From: Burkholderiales bacterium
GTDB taxonomy: Bacteria; Pseudomonadota; Gammaproteobacteria; Burkholderiales; Burkholderiaceae_C
NCBI GenBank assembly: GCA_021732385.1
Contig: JAKFVA010000009.1
Coordinates: 66,985-130,984 of the forward strand
Length of the DNA: 64,000 nt
Direction: 5' to 3'
Position 1 is the stretch's first letter; every line of letters starts with the position of its first letter. Made by a program: the position numbers and the translations under genes. Under the pieces are notes generated by a model that worked only from the letters and a program-made list of their open reading frames with translations, was not told the origin of the DNA and made no database searches. Positions 63,881 to 64,000 of the stretch are shown here, one piece after another.

Positions 63881-63884
63881 CCCC

Positions 63885-64000
63885 CTACAGCACCAGCAGG
63901 GCCCGAAAGTCGTTCACATTGGTGTGCGTGGGGCCGGTTACCAGCAAATCGTCCAGCGCGCTGAAAAAACTGTAGGCGTCGTTGCGGTCGGCATGCTGGG
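63885..64000 (-). CDS. 3' end of a MOFRL-family glycerate 2-kinase / hydroxypyruvate reductase-like gene (partial, runs off the window)
   Basis: My own translation of the minus strand gives ...QHADRNDAYSFFSALDDLLVTGPTHTNVNDFRALLVL*. The TGPT-TNVND-R tail resembles the MOFRL-family C-terminus as I recall it. Only 38 codons are visible. Confidence 0.4.
   Translation of the reverse strand, partial: QHADRNDAYSFFSALDDLLVTGPTHTNVNDFRALLVL

Overview
This is a high-GC betaproteobacterial chromosome segment. Gene order suggests Burkholderiales/Comamonadaceae, but that is inference. About 60% is well-conserved core.

Core content, in order:
- rne.
- A hemC-hemD / hemX-hemY operon, split by a MITE-like insert.
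- A DUF294 nucleotidyltransferase + DEDDh exonuclease pair.
- A TCA supercluster: acnB, an exported hypothetical, a citE-like gene and mdh, divergent from gntR-sdhCDAB-sdhE-gltA.
- leuC, an entericidin-like gene, leuD, a small membrane ORF, leuB.
- asd-fimV-truA-trpFBA-accD.
- yggT, a Lon-N-domain protein, and a TRAP transporter with a candidate sigma-54 promoter.
- lysS at the right end.

The accessory part is a glycan locus at about 39.6-62.1 kb:
- **Sugar pathway.** Eight overlapping, translationally coupled minus-strand genes encode a legionaminic-acid-type nonulosonic acid pathway. They are a PglF/CapD-like dehydratase, a CBS-fused aminotransferase, a NeuD/PglD acetyltransferase, NeuC, NeuB, an SDR, a cytidylyltransferase and a Gfo/Idh/MocA oxidoreductase.
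- **Plus-strand tailoring module.** An orphan GT-B protein, a SAM methyltransferase, an arginine-type amidinotransferase and a NodB deacetylase.
- **Minus-strand tailoring module.** A divergent MurJ-like flippase, an HpcH-like aldolase, a PglC-like phosphoglycosyltransferase, a split glycine decarboxylase GcvPA/GcvPB without T/H partners, an AsnB-type amidotransferase and a GS-like ligase.

I consider these two tailoring modules the best candidates for undescribed chemistry. The first could make a guanidino sugar. The second could install a glycine-derived N-methyl-amidine or amide decoration.

A roughly 235-bp MITE-like element with 35-40 bp terminal inverted repeats occurs 2.5 times. One copy is inside the hem operon, one is at the left edge of the glycan locus, and a half copy follows lysS.

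I saw no rRNA, tRNA, CRISPR array, transposase or integrase. All product calls come from reading motifs in the supplied translations. No database search was possible.
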